Positions 48,149-60,633 of a stretch of 64,000 nt of DNA are shown piece after piece. The notes beneath the pieces are model-generated. The model did no database searches. It was given only the letters and a program-made list of their open reading frames with translations, and had not been told where the DNA came from. The stretch spans positions 124,001-188,000 of the forward strand of contig BQFW01000008.1 in NCBI GenBank assembly GCA_020891255.1, given 5' to 3'. This DNA comes from Entomortierella parvispora E1425 (Eukaryota > Fungi > Mortierellomycota). Both the position numbers and the translations under genes were made by a program. Each line of letters begins with the position of its first letter. The stretch's first letter is position 1.

Positions 48149-49775
48149 TTAAGCCCTCATCTCCATCTTCTCGTCACCAAACTTGGCATCGACATCAACC
48201 ATATCAGAGTCGACCTTCTTGTCAGCGGGATCGAACCCAAAGTTGGAGAGATCATAGCCATTGGCATCCAAATAGCGTCTAAAATCCTCGTCCTCCTCAT
48301 GAAGACCCTTCTTGGAGTAATCGGGAATCAAGATGTAGGTGAAGAGCGACCCCAACAGGGCCAAGCCAGAAGCCAACATGAAGACACGGCCCTGACCGGT
48401 GATCTGATCACCCCTGCCAAAGGACTCGATGGCGGGCTTGAAGACGGTGGTACCCACAAAGGCTCCAAACTTGCCAATGGCAGCAGACCAACCATAGGCA
48501 GTCCCACGGATGGCGGTAGGGTAGATCTCGGCCGAGACCAATCCCAACATATCACCGGGACCAAACTCGCCCATCATCATGAAGATACCGTAGAGGACAA
48601 CGAACAAGGGGAAGATGTCGAGGAGCCTCCTGTAAAAGACGCCCATCAAGATTCCAAGAACACCCTGAGAGAAGAACCCGAGGGCCATGGTACGCTTACG
48701 TCCGAGTTTGTCCGAGGCCAAGGCACCGGAGATGGATCCAGGAAGGTAAAAGACGTTGAGAAGCAACATCCACTGGGCGGTCTGGACAAAGGTAGCCTCC
48801 GATCCAATAGCCTGGTTGATGATGGTTCCGGCAAAGATGCCAAAGGGGTAAGAGATAAAGTTGTAAAAGAACCAAGAACCACCGGTACCGAGGAGGTACT
48901 TCCAGTAACGCCTGATGATCAACAGGTAAGGGACGTTCTTCTTCATGGCGTTCTTCTTGAAGATGTCCGAGTTGTCCATCTTGAACCGGAAGTACATGAC
49001 CGAGAGAGGAGGAAGGACACCAAAGGCAAAAGAAGTTCTCCAGATGACCTCGTACGAGCATCCGGCGACACCGAGAATCAAGGGGAACAAGGCCGAGAGG
49101 ACGAATCCACAGTCAATGACAAAGTTGGTGACAAACACAAAGAGCATTCCACGACGTCCAGGCATGACCACGTCGGCAGCCTCCGAGGCCGAGGCCGAGG
49201 AGCAGGGGTACTCTCCTCCGACACCGACACCGAGGATACCACGGTAGACCGTCAAGGCCCAGAACATGCCCTCAATGGAACCTCCAGCGCCGTACGCTCC
49301 GGCGCAGAGGGCCGCACCCACAATGACGAGCAAAGTCGTCAACATCAATCCGACCTTGCGGCCCACACGGTCGCAGATGTAACCGAATCCAATCTGTCCA
49401 AGAATACAGCCGACAAAGAGAGAGTTGCCGATACGGGTCGCCATGGCAGAGGTGAACCGTTCGCCGTACTGCTTCGTGAACGCCACGTTGACGAGGGACA
49501 GGACTCCGACCTGGTAACCATCCGACAACAAGGCAAAGCCTAAAATAAAAAAGCGTTTGGTGTAACAGAAGGAACACGCGCGCTGTTTGTTAGTCTAGAA
49601 ACCAAGGAAGCTTTGGACCGACCGTCGGATGTGTCAAAAAGACAAACTCACCAGAAAAGATGACGGTGAACAAGGCAGAGAGTTGGGACTTTTCTTTCTT
49701 GGCAGCCTCCTGGTGGTTGGCATCGTGATGCTGATCGGCGGCCATCACGGACGGATGGTCTTCTTTGTGGGTCAT
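48149..49775 (-). CDS. GIT1: Git1/Tgp1-like MFS glycerophosphodiester permease (paralog A), about 504 aa
   Basis: Exons 49775-49652 and 49539-48149. Motifs GFALLSDGYQ, GYICDRVGRK, GVGVGGEYPCS, SEAAD, GEFGPGD, EIYPTAIRG; about 12 hydrophobic segments. Confidence 0.9.
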
Positions 49776-50652
49776 TGTGTGTATGTGGGTCGATTGAGAG
49801 GAAGGAGAGTAGGAGAGTGGGGAAGGTAACGAGAGAGAGAGAGAGACAGAGAGAGAGGAGAGACGATGAAGGATGATGAAGGACGAAAGGAAAGGGAAGA
49901 GGTGAAGATGATGGGTGCACAAGGAACAAAAGAGGAAAAAAAAAAAAAAAAGAAAAGGCAGGAACCAAAGTTGGGTATTTAAGAGAGTGCGATGATTAGC
50001 TGGATGTCCCCGCCTGGGCGAGACACGGCCGTCTGTTCTCGGTGTAGAAATCAGGAACATCATCGGCCATTGAATGAACCTCGGGATGGGAGTCAAGATT
50101 GGTACCTTGTCATAGACCGATAGATGCTCGAGAAGTCTTCTTTTGTGCGGGGGAACTGGCTTTCCCCCAACAACCAGTCATCCGGCTGGATCAGCACCAC
50201 CTGCCTCACGTACCGAGGAAACAGGGCCAAAGAATCTGAAGGAGGGGCATCAAGATTTATTTTCGCCGTTCCCAGTCTCTCAATTCGAGGAGAACACACA
50301 GTGACTGAGACCCCGCCATTGAGCATGGCTTTGAGACCAGGGTAGAGAGCGGGGTTTTGGACAGAATAGATACAACGGCGACTTGTGCGGGGCTTGGGAA
50401 GTGTCTGAGTGGGTGAGTGGTTCACTCTGTCTAGTCGATTTGCGCCCCTTCTTCCTCCACTCTTTTTCTCTTTTTTCCCATGGCTCCAATGGCGCGATGG
50501 GATATAGCATCGTGTGCGACAATGGCTGGTTGGCTGACAATGGACAGGCACGTGTGATCAACGACTTTTTTATTATTATGATGAATGTAGATAATGAAGA
50601 TGCAAAAAGTCAATCAAAGGAGAGAGAGGGCCAAAAGGGGGAAAGGGTATGC

Positions 50653-52634
50653 TTAGGCCTTCACCTCCTCCTCGCGGGCAGCATGCTCGCCAATGGTGGA
50701 GACATCGTGACCGTTCTCGATCAAGTACTGGCGGAAAGCCTCATCCTCAGCAAAGAGATCCTGCTGGGAGTACTCGGGGAGCAAGAAGTAGGAGTAAAGA
50801 CCTCCAAAGATGGCAAGACCCGAGGCCAACATGAAGACACGACCCTGACCCAAGAGCACATCATCACCACCAAAGCGAGCAACGGCGGGCTTGAAGGCAG
50901 AGGTACCGACAATGGCTCCAATCTTTCCAATGGCAGCAGACCAACCGTAGGCAGTACCACGGATGGCAGTAGGGTAGATCTCGGAGGAGGTGACAATGGT
51001 CATGCATCCGGGTCCGAGCTCACCAAGAGCCAAGAAGACACCGTAGAGGACAACGAACAAGGGGAAGATGTTCTGGGCCAAGTTCTTGTACCAGATACCC
51101 ATCAAAATTCCCAAGATACCCTGAACACCGAATCCAACGAGAATGGTCTTGCGGCGACCAATGCGATCGGAAAGGAAAGCGCCTCCGAAACAACCGGGAA
51201 CGTAGAAGAAGTTGATCAAAGTCGACCAGCCGGCAACCTGGATGAAGGTGGCGTTGGCACCGAGAACGTTGTCGGTGATGGTACCAGAGAAAAGACCGAA
51301 GGGGTAGGTAATGAAATCATAAATGAACCAAGTACCGGCTGTGCCGAGGAGGTATCTCCAGTAACGCTTGATGATCAACAGGTAGGGGACATTGTGCTTC
51401 ATGGCGTTCTTCTTGAAAATCTCAGAGTTGGTCATCTTGAGACGGAAGTACAAGACAGACAGAGCTAAAGACGTTTTGGAAATATTGAATGGCACGAGGG
51501 AGTCAGTCCAGCTGTTGCAGGGGAGGTACATACACAACCCACATCCAAGAACAATATCATTTGCCAATTGTTTGATAGCCACTTTCATGCAGCTGAGCCC
51601 TGCTCTCCGGCTGAACTGAAAGTCGGGTACAAACAAATTCGGCAGGAAAAGGGACAGATTACTTACGAGGGATGACACCGAATCCGAACGAGGCTCTCCA
51701 GATGGCCTGGTTGCTGCATCCAGCAGCAGCAAAGATCAAGGGAACGATACCGGCCAAGACGAAACCGAAATCGATGACGGTGTTGGTGGTCAAGGACACG
51801 AGCATACCACGGCGACCCTGGCGGACGCTGTCAGCAGACTCGGAGGCGTTGACGGACGAGCAAGGGTATTCACCACCGACACCGACACCCAAGATACCAC
51901 GGTAGATGGTCAGGGCCCAGAAAGTGCTCTCAACCGATCCGTTGGTGGGGGCACCAGCGCACAAAGCAGCACCAAGGATGACCAGGAAGGTCGTCAACAA
52001 CAAACCCATCTTACGTCCCCATCTGTCAATGAAGAAACCGAATCCAATCTGGTGGTGGTGAAAGGGTCATGGCATCAGATAAAGGGAGAAAGGAACAACG
52101 TGTTAGAAAAGCACTAAACTCGGCTGGCGTGGTCGCACCAATTTTGTCTTCAAGGGTATCGTGTGCCCCACGACACGGCGTGTGTTTCCGTGTTTTTTTT
52201 TTCTTTTTCTTTCTGTGGTTGCTGATAAGAGAGTTCCGTACCTGTCCAAGAACAATTCCAACGAACATGGCGTTTCCGAGACGGGTGGACATTGCCGAAG
52301 TGTACTTGTCGCCATAAATGTTGCCCAAGCAGACGTTGACCAAGGAGAGAACACCCACTTGGTAACCATCCGACATCAGAGCGAAACCTGTCATTCGAGT
52401 TGAAAAAAAAAAGAAGAAAAAGTGTGGACAATCAGTCTCCTGTTCGTTTCAGAAAACCGCAGACGATCGACGTTGAACATCAACCATCCGAGCTCAGTGT
52501 GGTTTCGATCGATCTGTACCTGAGAACAGGAGAGTGAAAAAGGGAGAGAGGCGAGCCTTCTCGCGTTCCTTCACGTCGTCCTCAGAGACTTGGTGAACCT
52601 CTGGAGGAGCCAACTCGGTCTTGGTGTCGTGCAT
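50653..52634 (-). CDS. GIT1: Git1/Tgp1-like MFS glycerophosphodiester permease (paralog B), about 484 aa
   Basis: Exons 52634-52520, 52387-52242, 52048-51667, 51464-50653. Same motifs as paralog A (GFALMSDGYQ, GVGVGGEYPCS, GELGPGC, EIYPTAIRG). Confidence 0.88.
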
Positions 52635-54571
52635 TTTCGGAAGAGGAAGGAAGGGTGGGAGAACGGAAGGGGAGAAGGGGGGGGGGGAGGAAGAGGAGGA
52701 GGGGGGGAGAGGAAGGGAGCTGTGGGCCAAGGATAGTTGGTTATCGAACAAGAAAACTTCCGTGGGGAAAGGGAGCTATTTAAACATTTCTTTGAGCTTG
52801 CCCTTGCAAAAAGATCGAGGAGGTGGGCGGGTGAGCTGCCAGCTCGTTACTGCGAAGAGCGCTGGAGCAGTGCCCTTGCAATTTCCGCCCCTTGGTGCTG
52901 TTTACCCAAGACGCCCACTGTGGATGAGCGGATGGAACTTGGTGGCATGGGAGCGCCAGGGTCATCTACGCGTTCAGAGGATAAATAAAGGCAGCAGAAG
53001 TGACAAATTTTATTCCTGGCGAATGACAGCTCAGAACTGGGGGGGATGGGCAGCATCAAAGTCGCAAGGGTTGCAGCCGCCCTTGCGGGCCCTTCTGAGT
53101 TACGGAAAAGATTAACGCAAAATAAAGCAAATCAGTCTAGCTCCCACCTTGGTGCGACGATCCATGCCCTGAGGACGAGAGATGAACAATTTACCATTAT
53201 TCTTTCCAATGGCATGGATTCGGACTTTCCAACCAGATGTCCGTTTGCATCGAGAGCAACAACATGGGGACAAGGGAAGCATCCAGGAAAGTCTAGAAGT
53301 GAGAGGTACATTTCTGGGTCCTCGCCTCCAGTTTGGTGCTGCTGGACTTTGAGTGAGTGGACTCGTGCTTTCAGAGCTCTGAAACGATAAAAAAAAAGAA
53401 GCTGACAATATTTCGCCTGATTTGGGAGGAACGTGGTGGAGCAGCGTCCCATTCGGTTCTTCCAGATGGGAAAAAGAAGCACTCAAAAACACAAACAATC
53501 ATGCAGTGTCCCGAACAGGAACACGTTCCTGAAGGACAAGTGACATTTCGGAGGACACACACAGTGGAGCATCTCTCATCTGAGCTGTGGCCCTTTTTTT
53601 AAAAATTGGGCGTTAGTCCAGGTTTGGAGGTCCGGTCTGCTTTCCTTCTTTTGCACCGTTGCAGTGGACAGCTGCAAGTCTTGGGTGAGCGTTCATGGTG
53701 ACACAGGAAAGGGCAGTCTCTTTATCGGCCGTGGGCATGGTCAAGCTTCACTCTCGACCAGTCGTTTTCCCCACGTTACGGCTCTCCGGACAAACGACGT
53801 CGCTACACCGTTGCACATGGCCCTGGCGCCGAACCTTAAAATCTTATTTCGCGTCATGTGACCGCTTGAAGGGCCATTTCGTCTGTTGACATGGTTGTAC
53901 CCTGCATTCGGTGAGGTTGAAGTAGGGGAAAAGGCTGTTCCCCATTGAGCTTTGCCCTCCAGGCACATGTACTTCGAGGTTATGTAGCGTGACTGCATGG
54001 GTTGGGAGTTGACAATATTTTACCCGTTCTGGGACCATTGAGCACAGGGTGTACAAATGGAGAAACGTCCACAGTTCGTGTTTTGATGATTTGCACATGT
54101 CGCCTCTCGATAATTCACCCAACTGAGCAAAGCCCTTGCAATAATACTGTGTGCCCAAGCTGGATCTTGCACCCCGGAAGATCTGATATGAACCATCTGC
54201 CATTTACATTGATCCTTCCTTTGGAAAAAAAACAGGTCTAGATCTAGACTTTTGGATGAATGAGCTAACCAACGTGTTCGGAGGAGCAATTCTAGTACCA
54301 ATTGGTCTGAATCCAGGGAAAACAGAACATTAAGACTGGTTACCATTGGCTTGTACGATGTTGAAAGGTTGAAGAGCAAAACTGGAGTGGTCACAGAGAG
54401 GCACTGCCCTTTGCAGCTTTCACACAGCATCAAAAACAAAGGTAAACCATCCGTATTCTAGATCGAGACACAAACCACTGACAAAGGCAACCTCTCGGCC
54501 GGAACGAAAAAAAAGATTCAGCAAAGATCTGTCCTCCTCCCACCTTCACGTTCTTCATCGTTGTTGCTGGT

Positions 54572-54604
<33 letters not shown>

Positions 54605-55430
54605 GTCTCTTTTTTACGCCCATGAACCAAAGACCGCAACCGCCTTGTTGCGTTTCGTGTTCTCTGTTTGTTCTTTGACTTTTGCGGTAGAATTACTTCG
54701 GTCTCACCTTTTTGTTTTTCTCATTCCGCTCGAAAGAGCAAAGAAAACGTGCCGGACTTGACTGGACAGAACGAAATTCGCAATGGTGGAGCGATTTCTT
54801 TTTTTTTTCCCTTTGCAAAAGCTTTTTGAGCGATGCCGCATCTAGCTGTCGTTTCTCCGCTCGACCACATCCTGCCGAAAAAGCCCTTTTGCTCTGGATC
54901 CCTATGTTGCGGAATGAATTGCACGTTGCAACATAGCTTTTTTTTCCCCCGCACCCCGCTGCTTTTCATCTACATTTTTCTTCTTCCACATCCTTCTCTC
55001 CCTTCCACACCTTCTTAGTCTACTTTTGTGCATTTCACTTAAAGGCAGAAGAGAGCAATGAGGCGCAGTCTGGGAGGATCAAGTTTCGGTAGGACCTCAC
55101 CATTGGAACGACCGGGTGCCCACGTTGGCGTTGGTCTGTTTTTTGAAGAGAGTAAATAAATGAGCATGTGAGTACAGACGATTTACTTTGGTCACCAACC
55201 GCAACAGTTGCAACATCAACAAACTTGGCGATCCTCGCAGGCTAGCAGGCGGCGCAGGGCGGATCTAACAGACATCTGTTTGGTTTTTATTTGTTCCTCC
55301 CCCTCCCCTCCACGTCCGTAACAAGGTTGAGGGGACGGAGGAAAATACTCTTTGTTTGTTTTGGTGATCAAAGACATCCCTGTCAATCGCGTATCTTTTC
55401 TTCGGATAAAATAAAACTCAAAATCCCATG

Positions 55431-55463
<33 letters not shown>

Positions 55464-56008
55464 GTTTTTGTTTCCCTTGTCCCTTTCGTCGTTCCCCTCA
55501 TTCAGAACAATGAGCCCTGAGCCAGTTCTGGCCCCCATAGCCAAGTCATCCTTCTTCACGAAGGATGCATGTGAATAAAATGGCGAGGATACACGCGATA
55601 AGGATGGGTTTTTTGTTGTGTAGAGAAAAAAAATTGCTCTTAAATATCCCGTTTTATTTATTTTCCTAGGCTCGAACCAGCGAAGCCCAAAACACTATAC
55701 AAACAGGATGCATCAAGAGAGGGAGGGGAGGAGGAGGACATGCTTGATCGATGGACAGCCTGAGGATCACGAGCCAAAGGAAGTCTTTGGCAGTGATAAT
55801 AAACATCAATAAATAGAAGAAAATATATGACAAAGAGAAGCTGTGGTAGATGAGAGGTAAAAGTCCTGCCAAGGACACAATCGCCAAAGCCTACGGGTAT
55901 TTGGGGTGAGGAGCAGAATGGGTGGCGAAGGAGGGAAGAGGCGGAGGAAAAGGAGGAGAAGCGGGGAGTAGAAAGGGGGACAATGAGAGACCCTCTTGTC
56001 ATGGTTCT

Positions 56009-57330
56009 TTAGAACCCGGAGAGACAGTTGGCGGTCTTGGCAGTCGAGGGATCCAATTGATTGAGAACAAACTGAAGAACAACATAAGAGTCGATCATGG
56101 TCACTAATGGACGTGTCAATAAAGAACGTGTGGACAAGTTAGAAACAATTACCTCCGACGATGGCTCATGTGGATCGTGTCTCAATAACAAGAAAATGAT
56201 CAAGATTTGGATTCAACTTACAGTGCTCGTTAAGAGAAAGGATGCAAAGATCCTGAAGGAGGACGTTGGTGACTCCCGCGTCTTCCTGAAAGCAAGTCTC
56301 GTAAGGAGTAACAACCTCATCGTACCTGAAAACGAGCAATTACAATTGATTTTGAAAGAAAAAAAAAAGAATTGTCGAGAGGTGAGTTGTCAGGTTTCTC
56401 CATCTTGGCCATGCCATCACACATGTATAGACTGGTCTCTTACATGGTGGCAATGTTACTTTGGATGACGCCAGGGGCGACATCACCTCCAGCGTTCAAC
56501 TTCTGGATAAAGTCCGAGGTATTGACTACATGGATGATGTTCACAGCAATTAGAAGAACGAATCGAATCAAATATTAACTCCCGACCTTTTTTTTCCCTT
56601 GGGGAATGACAAAAAAAAAGCAAACATACCCATTTCGTAGAAGCTGGGAGCAAAACTGTTAAAGGTGGCTTCGGCAGGGTAAAAGATATTGAAGGCCTTG
56701 GCAATGTTTGTAATTCCATCCAAAGTAGTTCCGTGGGTGATGGGAGAAACCCCGACCATGCTTTAGAGGAAACCCAGAAAAGAGAGCAAGAGATCAGAAT
56801 CACTTGGTCAATAGATGTTTACTACGTGGGGGAGGGGATGATCCACAGCTCCGCGTCACTTACCGATTGATCTTTCCAGCTCCATCAAGGTACTTGATCC
56901 AATAGCGTCCAAGGATACCGCCCTGCGAGTGGCCAACCATATCGACCTGGGTGACGTTCATCTTGGCAAGGACATTATCAGTAAAGGTCGCCAGTTCCTG
57001 CGCAGAGTTCTCAATATAGTCCAAGCCTCCAAAGGTGCTACCCTTGTATTGTCCATAGGTGAGCGCAAAGACACAGTAGCCTTGTTCGATCAGTACGGGC
57101 ACGAATGTGAACCAAGAGTCAGCCGTGAGCAGGGTCGCGTGAACCAACACTAGAGGGCGCGGATGGGCGGCTGTGAGCTGGCAGTCATAGTTGTTCAGGC
57201 CGGCAATTGAGCGCTTCTCGATGGAAACAGCGGTAGCGGGCTTAGGCACAACGGGGAGGGCCGAGACCTGGACGGCAGAGAGGGTCATCAAGGCGACAGC
57301 GCTGACAAGAGAGGCAATGGTGAACTTCAT
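56009..57330 (-). CDS. Secreted alpha/beta-hydrolase lipase of bacterial Lipase_2 type, about 292 aa
   Basis: Exons 57330-56864, 56760-56630, 56525-56444, 56325-56222, 56103-56009. Signal peptide plus propeptide ending EKR; HPRPLVLVHAT; nucleophile GHSQG; acid ATMYDEVVTPY; catalytic His in LNEHL. TATAAAA at 57506-57512. Confidence 0.9.
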
Positions 57331-60300
57331 TTTTGGTGTTTTGTTGGTTTGGTGGGTTTTTGAGAAGGGCTGGGTATCCGTTGAGGAATAGGATAGGCTT
57401 GAAGTCTTCGTCTCGAAGAGGGAGAGAAGGGGCTTTAGTGGAAGAGGATGTCCTTGGGTGTGGATGGAGAGAAAAAAAGAAGGCAATTGTCGAGGATGGC
57501 ATTCCTTTTATACCTGCTGTCTTTAATTCGAAGCTAAATGTCGCTTGCGCACTGATGGTAGCGGAATGTCACCTCAAAGTGTCAACGGGTCCAAGGGGTT
57601 GACTGTCTACTGTTGTAGAGGGTCCGTCCCTTGGATCAGTGCGCGGCAATACGATAGAGTCTCCGCATTGGAGGGGTAAAGTTCACCCAACGCCTTCACC
57701 CCCTTGAAAAAGAAGGCAGCAATCAAATATTGTGCACGGTCGTACAAGGACCATCGGCTGACGTGGGATTTCAGGTCAGTAATTCTCTGAAGGACCCTAC
57801 TGATGCAGCAATGGTCATTGCGGACCAAACTATTACAATTAACAAGGAGTAAAAGTGATGACAAACGTCCTCAACAAAGACTCATCGGCGAAAGGTCGTC
57901 AAGAAAGAGTTTGAGGCAAACAAGCCAGTCGCGTACAAGTCCTTTGGGTACATAGAGCCTCTGGTCAACAGCAAAAATCACAACAGCCCCAACGCGGACC
58001 ATTTTCGGGGGGGGGGATAGGATGATGCACCTCGCTCCACAAGTAAGGGCTCGCATGTGGAGGGATGGACAGAAAAACTTAAATTTTTTTTGGACAACCC
58101 CACAAGAATCCAGGAGAAGGTTGTTTAGACCCATCGCTTTTTTTTTGTTGTATTGTAGCATGACACCCCGATGGGAGTGTGTGGGCGTCCAATTGATCGA
58201 TGAGTGGAGCTGGAGTGTGGGTTGAACATTCGATGGTCACACAAATAGTGCCTGCGGAAGGCAGCGCGCTCCTCCACAAATGACGAGTCTGTGGGTGTCG
58301 GGGAGGTCGAAACTTGCTCAAAAAGCTTCCAAAAACATTGGCACACCGGAAGACGTCAAGACCGAAGGGAAGAAGGAAGAAAAAAAAAGCTGTTTCGCAT
58401 ATTGGTGAATCGCCCGTGCAATCTTGTTTATAATCACGATTTACAGAGGGCTTGTGCAGGCCTATCGTGGAGAAGTCCGAAGGCTCTCAAGTCGCGCGAC
58501 GCGTGGAGTGCATCCAAAAAAAAAAAGTCTTTCTGTTAGTGCCTGCATCTTCAGGACATCTCCATGCCTCATATTGAAGACAGTGCGTTTGTTTGTTCTC
58601 TTCTCTTTCCCTCTCCCTTTCCATGTTAACGTTTTTTTTTTTATTTTTCTCACGCGCCAAACCATATCTCCGAGGGCCATTGGACCATTTTTTATTGTTT
58701 TCTCCGCATGTGGATTTTCATGGTCGATCGTCAGGCACATGAAAGTGATGAGGAGAATGTTGATAGCCCAAATAGGTTTGGATCACAACGGCCAGACTCT
58801 GTCCATTTTTTTTTCCCTTTTTTTGTTTTTTTTGTGCATGAGGCATAGAGTTCTGCGACAGGTTCAAACGGACCATCCTAATTGCCACCACTCTCGTTCA
58901 TAACCACTCACACAACGCAGCGAGGGGCGCCTCAGGAGCGTGTGCGGATATGTCGTCTAAACCCTACTATATCACCCTAATTGGATCGCTAGATCAAAAA
59001 GCATCGTCTTTCCTGGGGGGAAGGGCGAGTGGCGATGATAGCTGCCCATCATGCCATCATGTCGGCTCTTTCGTCTGAAGGGCCGAAGCCCACCGCGCAC
59101 AAAAACGATTATTTGCAACCACAGCCAGTACCTTTTGCCATGTACCTTGCTTTTCGCGTGCTTTCTCCCTTCTCCTCAACGCTAAAACACGGGCCGAATA
59201 AACATCCTCTGGTAATCAGGGTCACTTGGCCCGATCAAGTGAAGGCGTGTGTCTAGTTCGCGAGACTGCTTATGGTATCCATCTCTATCCTACTGGTGTC
59301 GACGCGACTTCTAGACCCTAGACCAGCGATCTAGGTAACATTCAGACGACAGATGTTAGTCGGGCAGTGCCTTCCAGTTTGAACTGCAGTGATGAGGAAA
59401 AGAGCAACTGGTTCCCCTCCTCAGACCTCACTCTATCACAGTCCGGATATGAACGTCGACCATGTAGGCCAAAGATATGGATGCTTCCAGAGGAGGTTCA
59501 TGTGGCCCGATGGGGGGTTTATCACAATTTCACTCCCATTCTTTTGCACGGTGCTCAAGGACCTTTTCCCGTGCATTCAAATGGCAGCCTCACAGTTGAT
59601 GCTACTTGTACAGGTGCCCAAAATACAGTAGCCAAGCATGCCAGCAGCAAGAAAAAAGGACTTTTATATGGGAAGGGAACAAATTAAGATGGAGCAATTG
59701 TAGAGCAGTAGAGGGATCGATGCAACTTAAACTGTGGCGACAGACAAAACGAGGGCCTCTGAGAGCTCAGAGCCCCCAGTGTGCGATGGAGAGTCGCGCT
59801 GTTGCACTAGGACGACTTTTCTATGCTACCCTTCTCTAGAGTGGCACGGCAGTGTCGTGCGTCGTGGCGGCTATTCGTCATCCTTAAAAATTGCGGGTAA
59901 GTGCATGTAGGGGTTACTGGCACTGATAAAAAAAAAAAGAGAGCCAGGAAAAGATGCCTGGACTGCACCAGCAAACGATCAGTGGGCGGACATTCCAGTT
60001 TCTCGGAGGGAGGGAGCCATGTGCGCCAGAGCATCCATGCGCTCAGAAGGCAGTGCGGTGACTTTATCTGAATCGGTGATGCTGTCCATCGAGATGGTGT
60101 GATCAAGTGTGGGTGTATCCATGGAAGCCACGCTCTGGAGCAGTGCAGTACAGTTCATGGCCCCAAAAGGCAAAATGTCTCGCGTGCTTCAAGGGAAAAG
60201 GGATAAAGTGAGTTGAGACCATAGAGCCCTGCATGTTGGACCAAACTCTTTCTGGCTGTGCCGCTAGCTATGGAGGATAGAGGAGAGGTCGATGAGGAAG

Positions 60301-60633
60301 AAAGCGAGAAGAGAGAAGAGAGAAGAGAAGGAGATCGAGAGACAAGAAAAACAAGAAGGAAAGCAGCTCCGCCCAATGCAGGCCCTTAAAGGACCCTTTT
60401 TCTTCATTTCGCCTTCAATGAGAGTGCTCTTCTGTGTCTCCCTCTTTTTCCTTCAAACTTGCTTGCTGCATCTCTCTCTCTCTCATCCTGCATTCATATA
60501 TTCCACTTCATCCCATCCCTTCATCCCATCTCTCTCTTTTTCATCATTCGTTCCCTCCTTTCTCACCCCCCCCAATTCCCCCTTTATAAAAAAAACTTCG
60601 TTCGTCCCCGTTCTTCTTGTCAAACAACTTGAA

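Noticed and set aside
48137-51468. 468-aa and 361-aa plus-strand ORFs
   Set aside because: Antisense shadows of the two MFS permeases.
53300-54500. Non-repetitive intergenic stretch with 60-140 aa ORFs, a 14-bp palindrome (54236-54249) and a CACGTT at 53772
   Set aside because: No transposase/RT or other motifs recognised; single short motifs are expected by chance, and the Pho4-like site is over 1 kb from the ATG.
58957-58966. CTAAACCCTA resembling a telomerase template
   Set aside because: It matches a TTTAGGG-type repeat not established for this organism, with no supporting structure; CTAACCCT hits elsewhere are intron branch points.
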